Origin: Octopus bimaculoides
Lineage: Eukaryota
DNA: 64,000 nucleotides
Assembly (NCBI RefSeq): GCF_001194135.2
Contig: NC_068983.1
Coordinates: forward strand, 136,527,047 to 136,591,046
Reading direction: 5' to 3'
Notes under the pieces: generated by a model
What the model saw: the letters and a program-made list of their open reading frames with translations, nothing else
Database searches by the model: none
What the model was told of the DNA's origin: nothing
Translations under genes and position numbers: made by a program
Shown: positions 63,693 through 64,000 of the stretch, one piece after another
How positions within the stretch are numbered: position 1 is the stretch's first letter
Layout of the letters: each line of letters begins with the position of its first letter

Positions 63693-64000
63693 TCATCATC
63701 ATCATCATCATCATCGTTTAACGTCCGTTTTCCATGCTAGCATGGGTTGGACGATTTGACTGAGGACTGGTGAAACCAGATGGCAAAACCAGGCTCCAAT
63801 CTAAATTTGGCAGAATTTCTACAGCTGGATGCCCTTCCTAACGCCAACCACTCAGAGAGTGTAGTAGGTGCTTTTACGTGTCACCTGCACGAAGGCCAGT
63901 CAGGCGATACTGGCAACGGCCACGCTCAAAATGGTGTCTTTTATGTGCCACCCACACAAGCCAGTCCAGGGGCACTGGCAACGATCTCGCTCGAAAATCC
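63693..64000 (-). mobile_element. RTE LINE 3' UTR, continues past the window end
   Basis: (CAT)n-CGTTTAACGTCCGTTTTCCATGCTAGCATGGG and the family UTR. Confidence 0.9.

Noticed and set aside
58730-64000. Next Cav1 exon (IS4, KALRAFRVLRPLRL)
   Set aside because: Not found in any frame; presumably beyond the window.

Overview
AT-rich animal genomic DNA with assembly gaps; the repeat families look like octopus (coleoid cephalopod). It is mostly intron of a + strand L-type voltage-gated calcium channel alpha-1 gene (Cav1, CACNA1C/D-like). Two coding exons are visible: 19598-19703 (IS1) and 58590-58729 (IS2-IS3), joined in frame across a 38.9 kb GT-AG intron. The first exon has a minor-spliceosome (U12) branch point and a probable AC acceptor, and no consensus U12 donor was found upstream in the window. 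The introns hold many transposons: RTE LINE 3' ends with variable tandem-repeat UTRs, two R4/Dong RLE LINEs at (AAT)n, a Tx1/L1 remnant, two Penelope-like families with hammerhead-ribozyme motifs, a young two-LTR Gypsy-like element, Tigger, mariner and maT remnants, piggyBac and hAT MITEs, two tRNA-SINE families and many microsatellites. Most short ORFs in the track are microsatellite or gap artefacts. Family names come from motif recall, not database searches. Edges of degraded repeats are approximate.
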